Source: Nannocystales bacterium | GTDB lineage: Bacteria; Myxococcota_A; Polyangia; Nannocystales; Nannocystaceae | Assembly: GCA_050633305.1 (NCBI GenBank) | Contig: JBOEGF010000018.1 | Coordinates: forward strand, 32,001 to 96,000 | Reading direction: 5' to 3' | DNA length: 64,000 nt | Shown here: positions 31,251 through 41,599 of the stretch, in pieces | How positions within the stretch are numbered: the stretch's first letter is position 1 | Layout of the letters: every line of letters starts with the position of its first letter | Notes under the pieces: model-generated | Databases searched by the model: none | What the model was told of the DNA's origin: nothing | Seen by the model: the letters and a program-made list of their open reading frames with translations, nothing else | Translations under genes and position numbers: made by a program

Positions 31251-31994
31251 ATGAGCGAGGTGCCCTCGTCCAAGCCGCGGCTCAGCGGTGCGCTTCTGGA
31301 GGTTGGCCTCGCGATCGCGGGCCTGCTCGCGGGTAGCCTCGTTTTCCTCGTTTTGGGCGTGTTGGGGTTGGTCCCGACCGAAGGGGCGGTTGGGCTCGGC
31401 GCCCGGATGGCCGCCGGCCCGGCAATCACGCTCATCGCAGTGGCGGTCTACCGAAAACTCTCGGGGATCGTCGACGCCAACGATCTTCTGCAGTTCGGGC
31501 CGCCGCCTCCATCGGAAGCGCTGTTTGCGCGGGCGTCGTTCGGTCGCTCGGTTGGCTTCGTGCTCCTGGGGATCGTGGCAGCGATCGGGGGCAGCTTCGT
31601 TCTCGGGCTCGGGCTCGAAGCGTTGGGCGTCGCGGTCGAGGAGCAGGAGGCGATCGTCGAGTTGATCGAGGGGTTCAAGTCCGGCGGCGAGCAGTTGCCG
31701 ATGATTCTCTTGGCGGTGTCCGCGTTGGCGCTCGCGCCGGTGGCCGAAGAACTGCTCTTCCGCCGCATGGTGTTCCGCCGGATCGCCTCGCGCGGTAGCA
31801 GCTGGCCCGAAGCCTACGCGCTGTCCGCGGCCGCGTTCGCTGCGATCCATACCAACCCGGTCGGGTTCTTGGTTTACCTGTGGCTCGGAGTCGTCTTCGC
31901 GGAGTCGTACCGCCGCACGGGTCGAATCTGGGTGGCGATGCTGGTGCACGCCGGGAACAACGCGTTTGCGCTCAGCCTGCTGGTCTGGGGCTGA
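31251..31994 (+). CDS. CPBP family (CAAX/Abi) intramembrane metalloprotease
   Basis: APVAEELLFR, FAAIH, HAGNN. Confidence 0.93.
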   Translation: MSEVPSSKPRLSGALLEVGLAIAGLLAGSLVFLVLGVLGLVPTEGAVGLGARMAAGPAITLIAVAVYRKLSGIVDANDLLQFGPPPPSEALFARASFGRSVGFVLLGIVAAIGGSFVLGLGLEALGVAVEEQEAIVELIEGFKSGGEQLPMILLAVSALALAPVAEELLFRRMVFRRIASRGSSWPEAYALSAAAFAAIHTNPVGFLVYLWLGVVFAESYRRTGRIWVAMLVHAGNNAFALSLLVWG

Positions 31995-32850
31995 TCCGCA
32001 CGTCTCCGCTGAAGGTGGCGAGCTCGAGTCGTGCCGCGCCATCGCGGTGTTGTCGGACGTGCCGACCTCGTGTTCGGATCGGCGGATCGACCAAGGCGTC
32101 CTCGACCACGCCCGAGAAAGTCTGCGCGCTCAGGCGCACGCCCTGTTTGGGGTCGAGTTGTGCGCTGATGTTGCCGGAGTGGGCGTCGAGCGTGTGCTCG
32201 CCTGATGCGAGCCCGCCTTCGAAGCCGATATCGCCGCTGATCGTCGAGAGCCGGCTGCGTTGTAACTCTGCATTGGCGATGGCGATGCCGCCTGAGATCG
32301 TCTCCGCTTCGAGTCGCCCGCGGGCCTTGGCGACCCGTACGTCCCCGCTCACGGTGGAGAGCTCCGCTTCTTTCGACACACCCACCACCCGGATATCGCC
32401 GCTTGTGGTGCTCGCTTCGACGCGCGTCGGCGAGCCGCCGACCGAGATGTCCCCCTGCAAGGTCGAGACGTGGGCCTCCCCCTGCAAGCCGACGATGGTG
32501 ACGTCGCCGCGTCGAGTGTGAACGGTCACCCGGGCGCGTACCGGGACCGACAGTCGCACGCGGCCACTACCCGGTGCCGCGATCCCGCGGACCACCACTT
32601 CGACGCGCCGTTTGCTTCCGACCAGGTCGACCGAGAATCCTGAGGGGAGTGAAGCTTCGGCGACGGACACCACGTGCGTGGTCGTCGTCTCGATCTCGAC
32701 GTCGAGGTCCCCCACGTCGGCTTCTACGGCGACGTTGGGCCGTGTTTCGATGGAGCTGGCAGACGTGTTCGCGGCTGCGTTGCGGTGCACGAGCCACACG
32801 GAGGCTCCGGCCGCACCTCGAAGCCACGCCCTGCGCCCGAGGACCCTCAC
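31972..32850 (-). CDS. DUF4097 beta-strand-repeat protein with Tat-like signal
   Basis: GRRAWLRGAAG N-terminus; repeated TxSGD units. GTGA overlap with the upstream gene. Confidence 0.8.
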   Translation of the reverse strand: MRVLGRRAWLRGAAGASVWLVHRNAAANTSASSIETRPNVAVEADVGDLDVEIETTTTHVVSVAEASLPSGFSVDLVGSKRRVEVVVRGIAAPGSGRVRLSVPVRARVTVHTRRGDVTIVGLQGEAHVSTLQGDISVGGSPTRVEASTTSGDIRVVGVSKEAELSTVSGDVRVAKARGRLEAETISGGIAIANAELQRSRLSTISGDIGFEGGLASGEHTLDAHSGNISAQLDPKQGVRLSAQTFSGVVEDALVDPPIRTRGRHVRQHRDGAARLELATFSGDVRISPRPAG

Positions 32851-33368
32851 CGACGCACCCCCGTTGCGCGAACCAGCAAGGAGAGCTGCCGATCGTAGGC
32901 GTGCCGGAGCATACGCTGAAGGTGCGCGTCGCCGGGATGTTGCACCAACGCCGCGCGGGACTGATCGACCGCGTCTCCGATAGTCGCGAGGTTCTTGTCG
33001 TAGACCGCGAGCAACGCGGGGTCGAGGTCGCTTCGACGTCGAGCGTATGCCTGCTGAAGAGCGACGACCGCTGTCTGGAGATCGTCTTCGGCGGGGAGGA
33101 GGGCTTCGTCCCGTGGAGCCCATGTGTCGGAGGACGGCAGGCCCGAGAGGGTGGGGTGCACCGAAGAGACCGCGGGGTCCAGCGTCATGAGGCCGAACAC
33201 GTTCAGCAACACCACGGCGGCGGCCATCAACCACGGTGCGAGTGACCGACGTACGGGCGTTTGAAGCTCGGCCTCGATGCCGGACCAAAGTTGGGCCTGC
33301 AGTTGTGCGGGAACGTTCGGGGTCTCCAGCTCCTGATCGAGCAGACGGTCGAGCTCGTCGTCGGTCAT
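32847..33368 (-). CDS. Putative membrane anti-sigma factor
   Basis: LWSGIEAEL, single TM WLMAAAVVLL, C-terminal NLATIGDAVDQSRAALVQHPGD. Coupled to the ECF sigma gene. Confidence 0.7.
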   Translation of the reverse strand: MTDDELDRLLDQELETPNVPAQLQAQLWSGIEAELQTPVRRSLAPWLMAAAVVLLNVFGLMTLDPAVSSVHPTLSGLPSSDTWAPRDEALLPAEDDLQTAVVALQQAYARRRSDLDPALLAVYDKNLATIGDAVDQSRAALVQHPGDAHLQRMLRHAYDRQLSLLVRATGVRR

Positions 33369-33916
33369 GACAGAGCCTCCTTCAGCAGCGCGCGGGCGCG
33401 GTGCAGCTGCGCCTTGGTCGTGCCGATGCTCGAACGCATGACCTCCGCAATCTGGGCGTGGGAGAACCCCTCGATCGCGTGCAGCACGAAGACGGTGCGG
33501 GCTCGGTCCGGCAACGAGGCGATTGCGCGGTCGAGGTCGAGACCGGCGTCGACCCGGGCTTGGGGGGGGCCAATCTCGTTGGGCCCCGCGGCGCGTTGTT
33601 CGCGAAGAACGCGCCGCTGGTCGGAGCGCCGCTCGCCCAGCACGATGTTGATCGCAAGTCGGTGCAGCCACGTGCCGAAGGCTGCATCGCCCCGGAATCC
33701 TCCAAGGCGCTCCCATGCCCGGACGAACACCTCTTGGGTCCTGGCCTGGGCATCGTGGTCGTCACCGCCCGAGAGCCGCCAACACAGGCGGAGGACCGAG
33801 CCCACGTGATCGCGGTACAGCTGCTCGAACGCCGCCACATCACCACGCTGCGCCCGAGTGACAAGGTCACAGCGGCGGGGGATCTCGAGACGAGCAGCGG
33901 CGGCCACAGTGGTCAC
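33365..33916 (-). CDS. ECF RNA polymerase sigma-70 factor
   Basis: AQRGDVAAFEQLY, QEVFVRAW, FGTWLHRLAIN, GFSHAQIAE...GTTKAQLHRAR. Confidence 0.95.
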   Translation of the reverse strand: MTTVAAAARLEIPRRCDLVTRAQRGDVAAFEQLYRDHVGSVLRLCWRLSGGDDHDAQARTQEVFVRAWERLGGFRGDAAFGTWLHRLAINIVLGERRSDQRRVLREQRAAGPNEIGPPQARVDAGLDLDRAIASLPDRARTVFVLHAIEGFSHAQIAEVMRSSIGTTKAQLHRARALLKEALS

Positions 33917-34002
33917 GGCGCCTCTTGGATGCCACGGGGGGCTGAAAGGTTTGAAAGTTTTTTCGTCTTCAACCTCTGGGCTTCCGGCGGCATCGAAGCG
34001 CC

Positions 34003-34761
34003 ATGACCCCCCGTCTCCTCCCGTGTCTTTTCCTAACCCTCCTCGCCTGTACTCCCGGCTCCTCTGCCTTCGCGGAGGATTCCTCTCCGGCCCAACAGTC
34101 CGGCAGCGAGTTCACCTGGTCTGACACCGCCACGGCGGGCAGTTCGGTCCGCCTCTCCAACGTTCATGGGGATGTTCAGCTCGTCAGCTCCAAGGACAAG
34201 ACGATCCGAGTGCGTGCGACGAAGTCCGGCCGCGATGCCGAACTGGCCGAGGTCATCGTCGAGACCGTGGGCGACGACGTCAACATCAGGACGAAGCTTC
34301 CCGAGGGCCGCAAGCACAACCGGTCGACCGATGTTCGCGTGAACTACGTCGTGGAGGTGCCGGCGGGCATCGCGTTCAACGCCAACGTCGTGTCCGGAAA
34401 CATCCACGCCCGGGGGATCGATGGTCCTCTCGACCTCGAGGCGGTCTCGGGAAACATCGATGCCGCCGGATCCGGAGATCTCAGGGTCACCACGGTCAGC
34501 GGTAACGCGACGGTGGAGCTGCCCGCGGGGTCCCGTCGGGCCATGCTCGAAGCGGTCAACGGATCGCTGGAGGTCTCGGTGCCAACGTCGTTGGGGCTGG
34601 ACCTCGCCGCAACGTCGATCAATGGGCGAATCCAGTCCGAGGTCACCCACGAGCGCACCACGAAACTCGTGGGGTCGGAGGTTCGCATCTCCAGAGGCGA
34701 CCGCGCCGCAACCGTCCGGCTGGAAACCGTCAACGGCGCCATCCAGATCCGCAACGGCTGA
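34003..34761 (+). CDS. DUF4097 beta-strand-repeat lipoprotein
   Basis: Lipobox LLAC; repeated VSGN/VNG units. Confidence 0.8.
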   Translation: MTPRLLPCLFLTLLACTPGSSAFAEDSSPAQQSGSEFTWSDTATAGSSVRLSNVHGDVQLVSSKDKTIRVRATKSGRDAELAEVIVETVGDDVNIRTKLPEGRKHNRSTDVRVNYVVEVPAGIAFNANVVSGNIHARGIDGPLDLEAVSGNIDAAGSGDLRVTTVSGNATVELPAGSRRAMLEAVNGSLEVSVPTSLGLDLAATSINGRIQSEVTHERTTKLVGSEVRISRGDRAATVRLETVNGAIQIRNG

Positions 34762-34834
34762 TGCGTCGTGCGGTCGCGGGGATGGTCGCACGGCACTGGC
34801 ATCTCGGGCCCACAGACGGCACGCTTCGGCACCC

Positions 34835-35965
34835 ATGGCCGACGCGAAGCCCAAGTCAAAAGCGTTCAAGGACTGGTTCGACAAGCCGGCGGCCAAAGCC
34901 CTCGGAGCCCAGATGCAGGGGGCGTGGTCCGGGTTCGACACGGCAGCATTTCAGCGCCGCGCCACGAAAGGGCTGCTCGACCTGGAGTTCTCAGGCCGCG
35001 TGCAACAGTTCGCCGATGCCCTCGCCGCGGGTCTCCCCGATGACATCCCGAAGGCACTCGGTATCATCGCCGACAGCCTCCCGGAGATCATGCCCGGCGC
35101 GGACAGTGTGACAGACGGCTGGCTGCAGTGGCCGGTTGGGCAGTTCATCGCCGACCACGGAGTGCCGCACTTTGAGGAGTCGATGCACGCCATGATCGAG
35201 CTGACGCAACGGTTCTCGTCCGAGTTCGCGGTGCGTCCCTTCGTAGACCAACGCCCCGTGGAAACCTTTGCCCGGTTGCAGGAGCTGACCTCACACGAGA
35301 GTCAGCACGTGCGTCGTTGGTGTAGCGAAGGCGTGCGGCCCCGTCTTCCTTGGGGCAAGGTGCTCAAGGCGTTGGTCGCCGATCCCGGCCCGATCTGGCC
35401 GATTCTCGATGCGCTCCAAGGGGACGACGAGCGCTACGTGCAACGCTCGGTGGCCAACACGCTCGGGGACATTGCAAAGGACCACCCCGAGGCCGCGGTC
35501 CGGTGGGCAAAAGCGTGCGCGAAGCGGGGCGGCGAACATGGGCTGTGGATCGCCAAACATGGCCTTCGGGGCCCGATCAAGGCGGGCCATGCCGGCGCCC
35601 TCGCGGCGGTTGGGTTTCTCCCGCCGAAAAAGGTGACAGCCACACTCTCCGCCTCGCCGAAGACCGTCCGGGTGGGAGAGGCGGTCGAGCTTCACGCAGA
35701 GTTGGGGACCACGCACTCCCGCAAGCAAACGCTTCTGGTCGACTACATCGTCCACTACGTTCGCAAGACCAAGACCGGTGGGGGCAAGACCTTCAAGTGG
35801 AAGACGGTCGAGCTTCCCGCTCGAGGGAGCTTCGAGCTGACGAAGCGACACTCGATGAAGACCACCACCATTCGCGCCCTGTACCCCGGCCGTCACCGGG
35901 TGGAGTTGTTGGTCGGCGGCGAGGTCCTGGCGGAGACCGCGTTCACACTCAAGCCAGCTCGGTGA
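34835..35965 (+). CDS. DNA alkylation repair protein (HEAT-repeat glycosylase-like) with C-terminal beta domain
   Basis: LTQRFSSEFAVRPF, HVRRWCSEGVRPRLPW, YVQRSVANTLGDIAKDHP, YPGRHRVEL. Confidence 0.88.
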   Translation: MADAKPKSKAFKDWFDKPAAKALGAQMQGAWSGFDTAAFQRRATKGLLDLEFSGRVQQFADALAAGLPDDIPKALGIIADSLPEIMPGADSVTDGWLQWPVGQFIADHGVPHFEESMHAMIELTQRFSSEFAVRPFVDQRPVETFARLQELTSHESQHVRRWCSEGVRPRLPWGKVLKALVADPGPIWPILDALQGDDERYVQRSVANTLGDIAKDHPEAAVRWAKACAKRGGEHGLWIAKHGLRGPIKAGHAGALAAVGFLPPKKVTATLSASPKTVRVGEAVELHAELGTTHSRKQTLLVDYIVHYVRKTKTGGGKTFKWKTVELPARGSFELTKRHSMKTTTIRALYPGRHRVELLVGGEVLAETAFTLKPAR

Positions 35966-37166
35966 CGATCTCGATCTTGCCCGCGCAGAGGGTGCGATGG
36001 ACCGGGCATCGGTCGGCGATCTCCAGCAGCCGCGCGTGCTGGGTTGCATCGAGTTCGCCGCGTAGCTCGATTCGCCGGTCAATGCGATCTACCTTGGCTT
36101 TCGGGTCGTCGTGTTCGCCACAGGTCTCGCAGTCCGCCGCGTGCACCTTGGCGTGCCGTAGGTGGCAGACCGCCTGGTCCAGCGGCCAGCCCTTGCGGTC
36201 GGCGTACATGCGCAGCGTCATGACCGTACAGGCGCCGAGCGAGCTCAGCAGCAGACCGTAGGGACTTGGGCCACGGTCCTCGCCGCCCATCTCGCGGGGT
36301 TCGTCGGCGATGACCGAATGCTCGCCCACCGTCAGCTCGGTGGTGAACGCTCGCTGTGGACCCCACGCGGTGACGTCGTCGCTCGCTGAACTCGACTCGT
36401 CCGAACCCGGCAGGAATCGTTGCGCCCACGCGGCGATCACGTTGGCGGCGAATCGGGCGTCGGCGGGACGGGTGAGGAGATGGTCCGCACCATCGAGGGC
36501 GACGAAGCTCTTGGGGTGCTTCGCTGCCGTGAAAATCTCCGCGGCATTCTCCACCCCCACGACTGTATCGCCGGGCGCGTGCAGGACGAGCAGAGCACGT
36601 CGGAGTTCGCCGATTGCGGTCTGCATCTCATGAGCGCGCAGGTCCTCGAGAAAGCTGCGCCTGATCGTGAACTGTCGTCCCGCGAGGTTCACGGCGGCTT
36701 CGCCTTCTCGCTCGACCGTTTCGATTTGGTCGTCGATCAGCGCCAGGACATGATCCGGCCGAGCGGGGGCGCCGAGCGTTGCGACTGCGGCGACGCTTTG
36801 CACGGAGGCCGCCGCACGGAGAACGGCCGCACCACCAAGGGAGTGGCCGATCAGAAGCTGAGGGGACGCGTGGTGCAGCTCCAGCCATTGGCAGGCGCCG
36901 ATCAGGTCCTGCACGTTGCTGGAGAAGTGGGTGTCCGCGAACTCGCCTTCACTGTCGCCAAGGCCTGTGAAGTCGAAGCGAAGCACCGCCCAGCCATGCT
37001 CCACGAGCGTGCGAGACACATGCACGGCCGCCGTCAGGTTCTTGCTGCACGTAAAACAGTGGGCGAAGACCGCGTACGCTCGGGGCTGGTCGCGAAGCGG
37101 GAGGTCAAGACGTGCTGAAAGCTGTTCGCCGCGCCCGTTTCCGAAGGTCACACGCCGGGTCTTCAC
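35949..37166 (-). CDS. Bifunctional alpha/beta hydrolase - OsmC family protein
   Basis: FAHCFTCSK, FDFTGLGDSEG, GHSLGG, GADHLL; ADEP, GACTVMT, CPVH. Confidence 0.93.
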   Translation of the reverse strand: MKTRRVTFGNGRGEQLSARLDLPLRDQPRAYAVFAHCFTCSKNLTAAVHVSRTLVEHGWAVLRFDFTGLGDSEGEFADTHFSSNVQDLIGACQWLELHHASPQLLIGHSLGGAAVLRAAASVQSVAAVATLGAPARPDHVLALIDDQIETVEREGEAAVNLAGRQFTIRRSFLEDLRAHEMQTAIGELRRALLVLHAPGDTVVGVENAAEIFTAAKHPKSFVALDGADHLLTRPADARFAANVIAAWAQRFLPGSDESSSASDDVTAWGPQRAFTTELTVGEHSVIADEPREMGGEDRGPSPYGLLLSSLGACTVMTLRMYADRKGWPLDQAVCHLRHAKVHAADCETCGEHDDPKAKVDRIDRRIELRGELDATQHARLLEIADRCPVHRTLCAGKIEIVTELA

Positions 37167-37176
37167 ACCGTGAGCG

Positions 37177-37192
37177 TGGCACACCTGTCGCA
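37177..37192 (+). promoter_or_regulatory. Possible sigma-54 promoter upstream of the mscS-family gene
   Basis: TGGCACACCTGTCGCA fits GG-N10-GC with TGGCAC at -24. Confidence 0.35.
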
Positions 37193-37250
37193 TACGCGGG
37201 CAAGGTGGGGCCACCATTCGGATCGCGGGGGTGTTATCACTGGGTTTCTC

Positions 37251-38168
37251 GTGGACGCGCCGTTCTTCGATGATCTCTCCCGGGCCCTGGGAATGACCCT
37301 GCTGGAGGTGGGCGACCTTCGAGTCACCCCACTGTTCCTGCTGAAGTTCGTCGTCCTCTTCGCCGCGCTCGTCGCCCTGTCCAGGTTCGTCCGACGCAGA
37401 CTGGTCCTGCGGCTGCTCCGCAACGCGGAGATCGATCCCGGGGTCAAATACGCGGTCGCTCGAATCGCGGCCTATGGCGTGTGGGTGTTGGGGTTGCTCG
37501 TCGGGCTACCGCTGGTGGGCATCCAACTCAACAGTCTGCTCGTCGCCTTTGGTGCGGTGGGCATCGGGATTGGACTTGGACTTCAGAAGATCGCCGAGAA
37601 CTTCATCAGCGGCATGATCCTGTTGTTCGCCCGCCCGGTGAAGGTTGGCGACCGAGTCCGACTCGGTGACGTCGAGGGGACCATCATCGAGATTCAGGGA
37701 CGGGTGACGCTGGTCCGCGACAACAACAACGTCGTCTACCTCGTCCCCAACGCCACGCTGGTCTCGGACCTGGTGGTCAACCTGACGCACAACGACCGCG
37801 TGGTCCGCTACGTGTTCGATGTGGGCGTCTCGTACAACGCCGATCCCAAGACGGTCAAAGAGCTCCTGCTCACCGTAGCCTCTGAGCACCCAGCGCTCCT
37901 CGACGACCCCCCGCCTGATGTCCTGTTCGTCGGGTTCGGGGACTCCTCCATCAACTTCAAGCTGCGCGGGTACTGCAAGGAGATGATCGAGGTACCCGAC
38001 CAGCTCAAGAGCGAGATCAACTTCGCCATCTGGTACGCGCTCAAGGAAGCGGGCATCGAGATCCCATTTCCCCAGCGCGACCTGCACATCAAGTCTGGCT
38101 TCACGCTCGAAGGTGGTCGCTTGGCGACTGTGGCCAAGGTCCCCAGACCACCGCAGACCGGTGCGTAG
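37251..38168 (+). CDS. mscS: Small-conductance mechanosensitive channel family protein
   Basis: GIGIGLGLQKIAENFISG, RPVKVGD, VPNATL, GVSYNAD, FGDSSINF, GIEIPFPQRDLH. Confidence 0.93.
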   Translation: MDAPFFDDLSRALGMTLLEVGDLRVTPLFLLKFVVLFAALVALSRFVRRRLVLRLLRNAEIDPGVKYAVARIAAYGVWVLGLLVGLPLVGIQLNSLLVAFGAVGIGIGLGLQKIAENFISGMILLFARPVKVGDRVRLGDVEGTIIEIQGRVTLVRDNNNVVYLVPNATLVSDLVVNLTHNDRVVRYVFDVGVSYNADPKTVKELLLTVASEHPALLDDPPPDVLFVGFGDSSINFKLRGYCKEMIEVPDQLKSEINFAIWYALKEAGIEIPFPQRDLHIKSGFTLEGGRLATVAKVPRPPQTGA

Positions 38169-38248
38169 CGACCAGCCACGACGAAAGAGCGTTCGCCTGT
38201 CGAAAGCGCTTGCGAAGCTGAGGCCCCGCTGCTATCAACTCCGCCCAC

Positions 38249-38322
<74 letters not shown>

Positions 38323-38330
38323 CTGCTGAG

Positions 38331-38366
38331 AACCGCCTCCACAAAAGTGGGGGCGGTTTTCGTTTT
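38331..38366 (+). terminator. Rho-independent terminator after tRNA-Arg
   Basis: AACCGCCTCCAC-AAAA-GTGGGGGCGGTT hairpin followed by TTCGTTTT. Confidence 0.85.
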
Positions 38367-38468
38367 GGTTCGCGAGGCTGGGGCACGTGTCGGGCAGATG
38401 TTCGGCGGAGTGGGACCGGTCTGGGAGTCGGGGTTGGGATGCGTAGCTCCCGCGCGGTTCACGTACAG

Positions 38469-38963
38469 ATGACGGGCGTCGAGCCCTCGGGCGAGTTTGA
38501 TCCCTCGCGATACGATTCCAGCGTGAACGGCACGCAAGAGGCCGTCGCTGTCGAGCTCAGCTTTGGGCAGCCTGAACACGGCTGGATGCCGGTCGACCTT
38601 CGGATCGGCGAATTCACGTTCCGGACCAAAGCGTCGAACGTGCTCAACGACCCGCTCGCGGACTTTCTCGAACTTCGCGTGTTCGTCCTTGGCGAAATGC
38701 TCGGCCACCACCTCGTCTCGCTCTGGCTGGAGCCCGCGGCGTACATCGTAGAGGTCACCCGGGTCGACCAGACGCTCGCCTCGGTCAAGGTCTGGTTCGA
38801 GGAGGACTTCGTCGCTCCGAAGCTGCGCAACACGAGCAAGTGCGTCTTTGCGGGGGTCGTGGAACGAAGCAGGACCGCCCGCCGAATCGAGCAGGTGACC
38901 TTCCAAGGGCGCATACGCCCAACTGTCACGCCAAGGACAGCCTTCATCCGCTGGGAGCTCTGA
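38469..38963 (+). CDS. Hypothetical protein (start uncertain)
   Basis: Protein-like ORF (PEHGWM, WLEPAAY). No family recognised. Confidence 0.6.
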   Translation: MTGVEPSGEFDPSRYDSSVNGTQEAVAVELSFGQPEHGWMPVDLRIGEFTFRTKASNVLNDPLADFLELRVFVLGEMLGHHLVSLWLEPAAYIVEVTRVDQTLASVKVWFEEDFVAPKLRNTSKCVFAGVVERSRTARRIEQVTFQGRIRPTVTPRTAFIRWEL

Positions 38964-39010
38964 AGCTCGTGGGCGGCAACTCGAACACAGAGTCCGCGAG
39001 GTGCAAGAAC

Positions 39011-39832
39011 TCACTCTCCGCGGGAGACGCGACGTTCGCCGCCGCAGGCAGAGATCGCCCAACCTCCGTCGACGTCTCGGATCGCGATGGCCGGCGGCTC
39101 CATGGTCAGCTCCTTGCCTGGCCGGGAGCGCTCCCGGCTGACGCGCACCAGCAGCGGCCCGTCATCAGCTTCGAGCACGACCACAGCTTCGGCGCGGTAT
39201 GTCCAACACCACGACCGGTCGTCATCGAACGCACTCGACGACTGCTCGACGTCGACCGTGAACGGAGGGCCCGCCGCTCGCGCTTGGATCGAATCGCCGC
39301 AGCGACCGTAGCTCCCAAGGGCGAGGCCGGGGAGAATGACGAGCCGAGCTGGGTCCGAGGAGAGCACCAAGTGGTAGGCTCGCGCCGACGTTCCTCCGGT
39401 GGAGACAAGCCATGGCGGATCCCCCTCGCAGGCACGCCCCTCACACAGATGGACCCGCGCTGCCTCCTCGTCGTCGGGAGGTGTCTCTACTTGATCAGAG
39501 AGCTTGCCGATCAGCGTTCGGTACGCTGACAGCCAACCCGCGAAGTGGCAGGTGGATCCCTTCACCCGCAGGACCTCGGCGGTGCAGCCCGACCGCCCAG
39601 TCCACCGCTCGAGGGTCACCGGGGGCGGTGGAAATGGTTCGACGGCAGATCGGTTGACGTTGTCGGCCGGCATCGCCGGGGCCGGGACCATATCCGGGGT
39701 CGGCCTCTCCGTCTCGACACGGGCAGCTTGCGGGGGCTCAGGTGGCTCGGTCTCCTCGGGCGTCGCAACGGACGGTGGCGCGCTGCAGGTGAGCCCCAGC
39801 GCCGCGACCGCGGTCCACATTCTCCAGAGCAT
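39011..39832 (-). CDS. Hypothetical exported protein or lipoprotein
   Basis: Signal-like N-terminus ending LGLTC, Pro-rich linker, several Cys. Confidence 0.65.
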   Translation of the reverse strand: MLWRMWTAVAALGLTCSAPPSVATPEETEPPEPPQAARVETERPTPDMVPAPAMPADNVNRSAVEPFPPPPVTLERWTGRSGCTAEVLRVKGSTCHFAGWLSAYRTLIGKLSDQVETPPDDEEAARVHLCEGRACEGDPPWLVSTGGTSARAYHLVLSSDPARLVILPGLALGSYGRCGDSIQARAAGPPFTVDVEQSSSAFDDDRSWCWTYRAEAVVVLEADDGPLLVRVSRERSRPGKELTMEPPAIAIRDVDGGWAISACGGERRVSRGE

Positions 39833-40481
39833 CGGCACCTGACGCGGCGAGTGCAGCACGAGCTGGGGACTCAGCGCCAGCGCGTAGGGCCGGGGTTGCA
39901 TGGCTGGCGCCACCGGCGGCTCCGCGGGAACTCGACAGGCTGAAGTGCCGGGGGCAAACAGCCAGCGCCTGAGCCGCCTATCGTTGCAGACTCAACGACC
40001 TCAAATCGGGGAAGAGTGTGCGTGCTTGCTGTTGGGGCGGGGCTCAACCGGGTGGGTCTGTGGCCTCCTACAGCCTCCACATCGAAGGGCTTCCTCGTCC
40101 CAGTTGTTTGAGCTGCTCGACGCATAGTCACCGACACCAGGTCCATGGGGCAGCCCGTGCCGGATCGGGCGAGTTCCCCTCGGTAGCCGTTGAACCTGCC
40201 GCGCGGTGGCTCTGCATTCTGTCTGCGACCCACGACCGGCCCAATAGCGCTCGGCCGTTCACCGCGCCAGGTCCCCCGTGGAGGGGCAGCTGAGCAAGGA
40301 GTGGCGTCATTTCGACCAATGGGACGGGGAATCAGCGTTCGCATTGCATCGCAAAACTGCGAGGCGAACTCGCAGTCCTCGATACATGTATACATTCGAT
40401 GATCCGCGTCGTGACCCGGAGCACCGCCGGGGCCTGGTCGGGGGTTGGCGGCTGCACGCCTGCGTGCTGCTCGCACGGCTT

Positions 40482-41267
40482 CTAGCCCGGCCCTTCGGGA
40501 ACTTCGCAAGCCCTCGTGACCGTCGACGGTTGAGCGCCGTCGAGGATTCCGTCACGGCAGTCGAGGAAGGCTTGCACGCAGTCGGATCCGGCTGCCGGGG
40601 CGCAGCTCACCTGCAGCTGTGCGACGACGGACTCGGTGTAGTTCAAGACGCTCGTGCCCACTCCGCCCACCCCGGTCGACCCCTTCATGGGCTCCGGAAC
40701 GAAAAAGGCGTCGTCGATGCAGTTCTTCGAATCCGGCAGGCACGTCGTGCACAGGGTTTCCGCGAGCTGAGTTTGCGTCGTCGTCGGCGTCATCGACTTG
40801 GTCGCCTGATGGATGCACAGCCTCTGCTCAAAGCTCGTGGGCGAAGCGCAGCCATCGGGGAACCCGCAGCTGGCACGCGCCTCGAGGAGCTCTTCGCGTT
40901 CGACGTCGAAAACCTCGACGCACGCCGTGAACTCGGCAAGGTCGCACTCGTCGAGCGTCTCGCCGCACGCCTCGACGAACGCGGCCGCCGCATCGCAATA
41001 CATGGTCAGCGCCGAGGACCCTCCCGTGTCGGTCCCGGATTCGTCGTTGGACGTCGTGCCGGATTCTGCCGACGAAGCATGGGTGTCGCCCTCGCCCATC
41101 GAGGTGGAGGCTTGCGTGGTCGTGCCGCTGGACGCCGAGGTGTTTTCCGCCGAGCCGCCTGCGGGGCCCGAACCGTCGCCCGCGTTGTCACCACACGCGG
41201 TAAGAACAGCTGCGACAACGCACGTGAAAAGTAGCCCTCGAAGCACATCCCGGACGACGGCCTGCAT
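40482..41267 (-). CDS. Cys-rich lipoprotein
   Basis: Lipobox VLTAC, S/T-rich linker, many Cys in the mature domain. Confidence 0.75.
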   Translation of the reverse strand: MQAVVRDVLRGLLFTCVVAAVLTACGDNAGDGSGPAGGSAENTSASSGTTTQASTSMGEGDTHASSAESGTTSNDESGTDTGGSSALTMYCDAAAAFVEACGETLDECDLAEFTACVEVFDVEREELLEARASCGFPDGCASPTSFEQRLCIHQATKSMTPTTTQTQLAETLCTTCLPDSKNCIDDAFFVPEPMKGSTGVGGVGTSVLNYTESVVAQLQVSCAPAAGSDCVQAFLDCRDGILDGAQPSTVTRACEVPEGPG

Positions 41268-41599
41268 CGGGGAAACGTCGCAGGGTCGGGTCGATCGTTC
41301 CCGACCGAGCAGACTCGGCGGACGGACTGGCAGCGTCCTCACCGAACCAGGTGTTCCAGAGCGCGAGCATCTTCCTGCCCCCGTTCGAGCCGCCAAACCG
41401 TCCACGCTGGCACACCCCGGGAGCAAGAGCTTGTGAGAATCGGACACCGAGTCGGTCTAGCCGGCGGTCGGTTAACCCTGTGATTAATCGTCCCACCGCG
41501 GGCCTTGGCTGGGCAGGGACCCCGTTCACGAGCGGACTCCGGCCAGGCTCCTCATCGCGAGAGCCACACGCGCCCGCCGCCGCGGTCGCGTTGTGGCTG

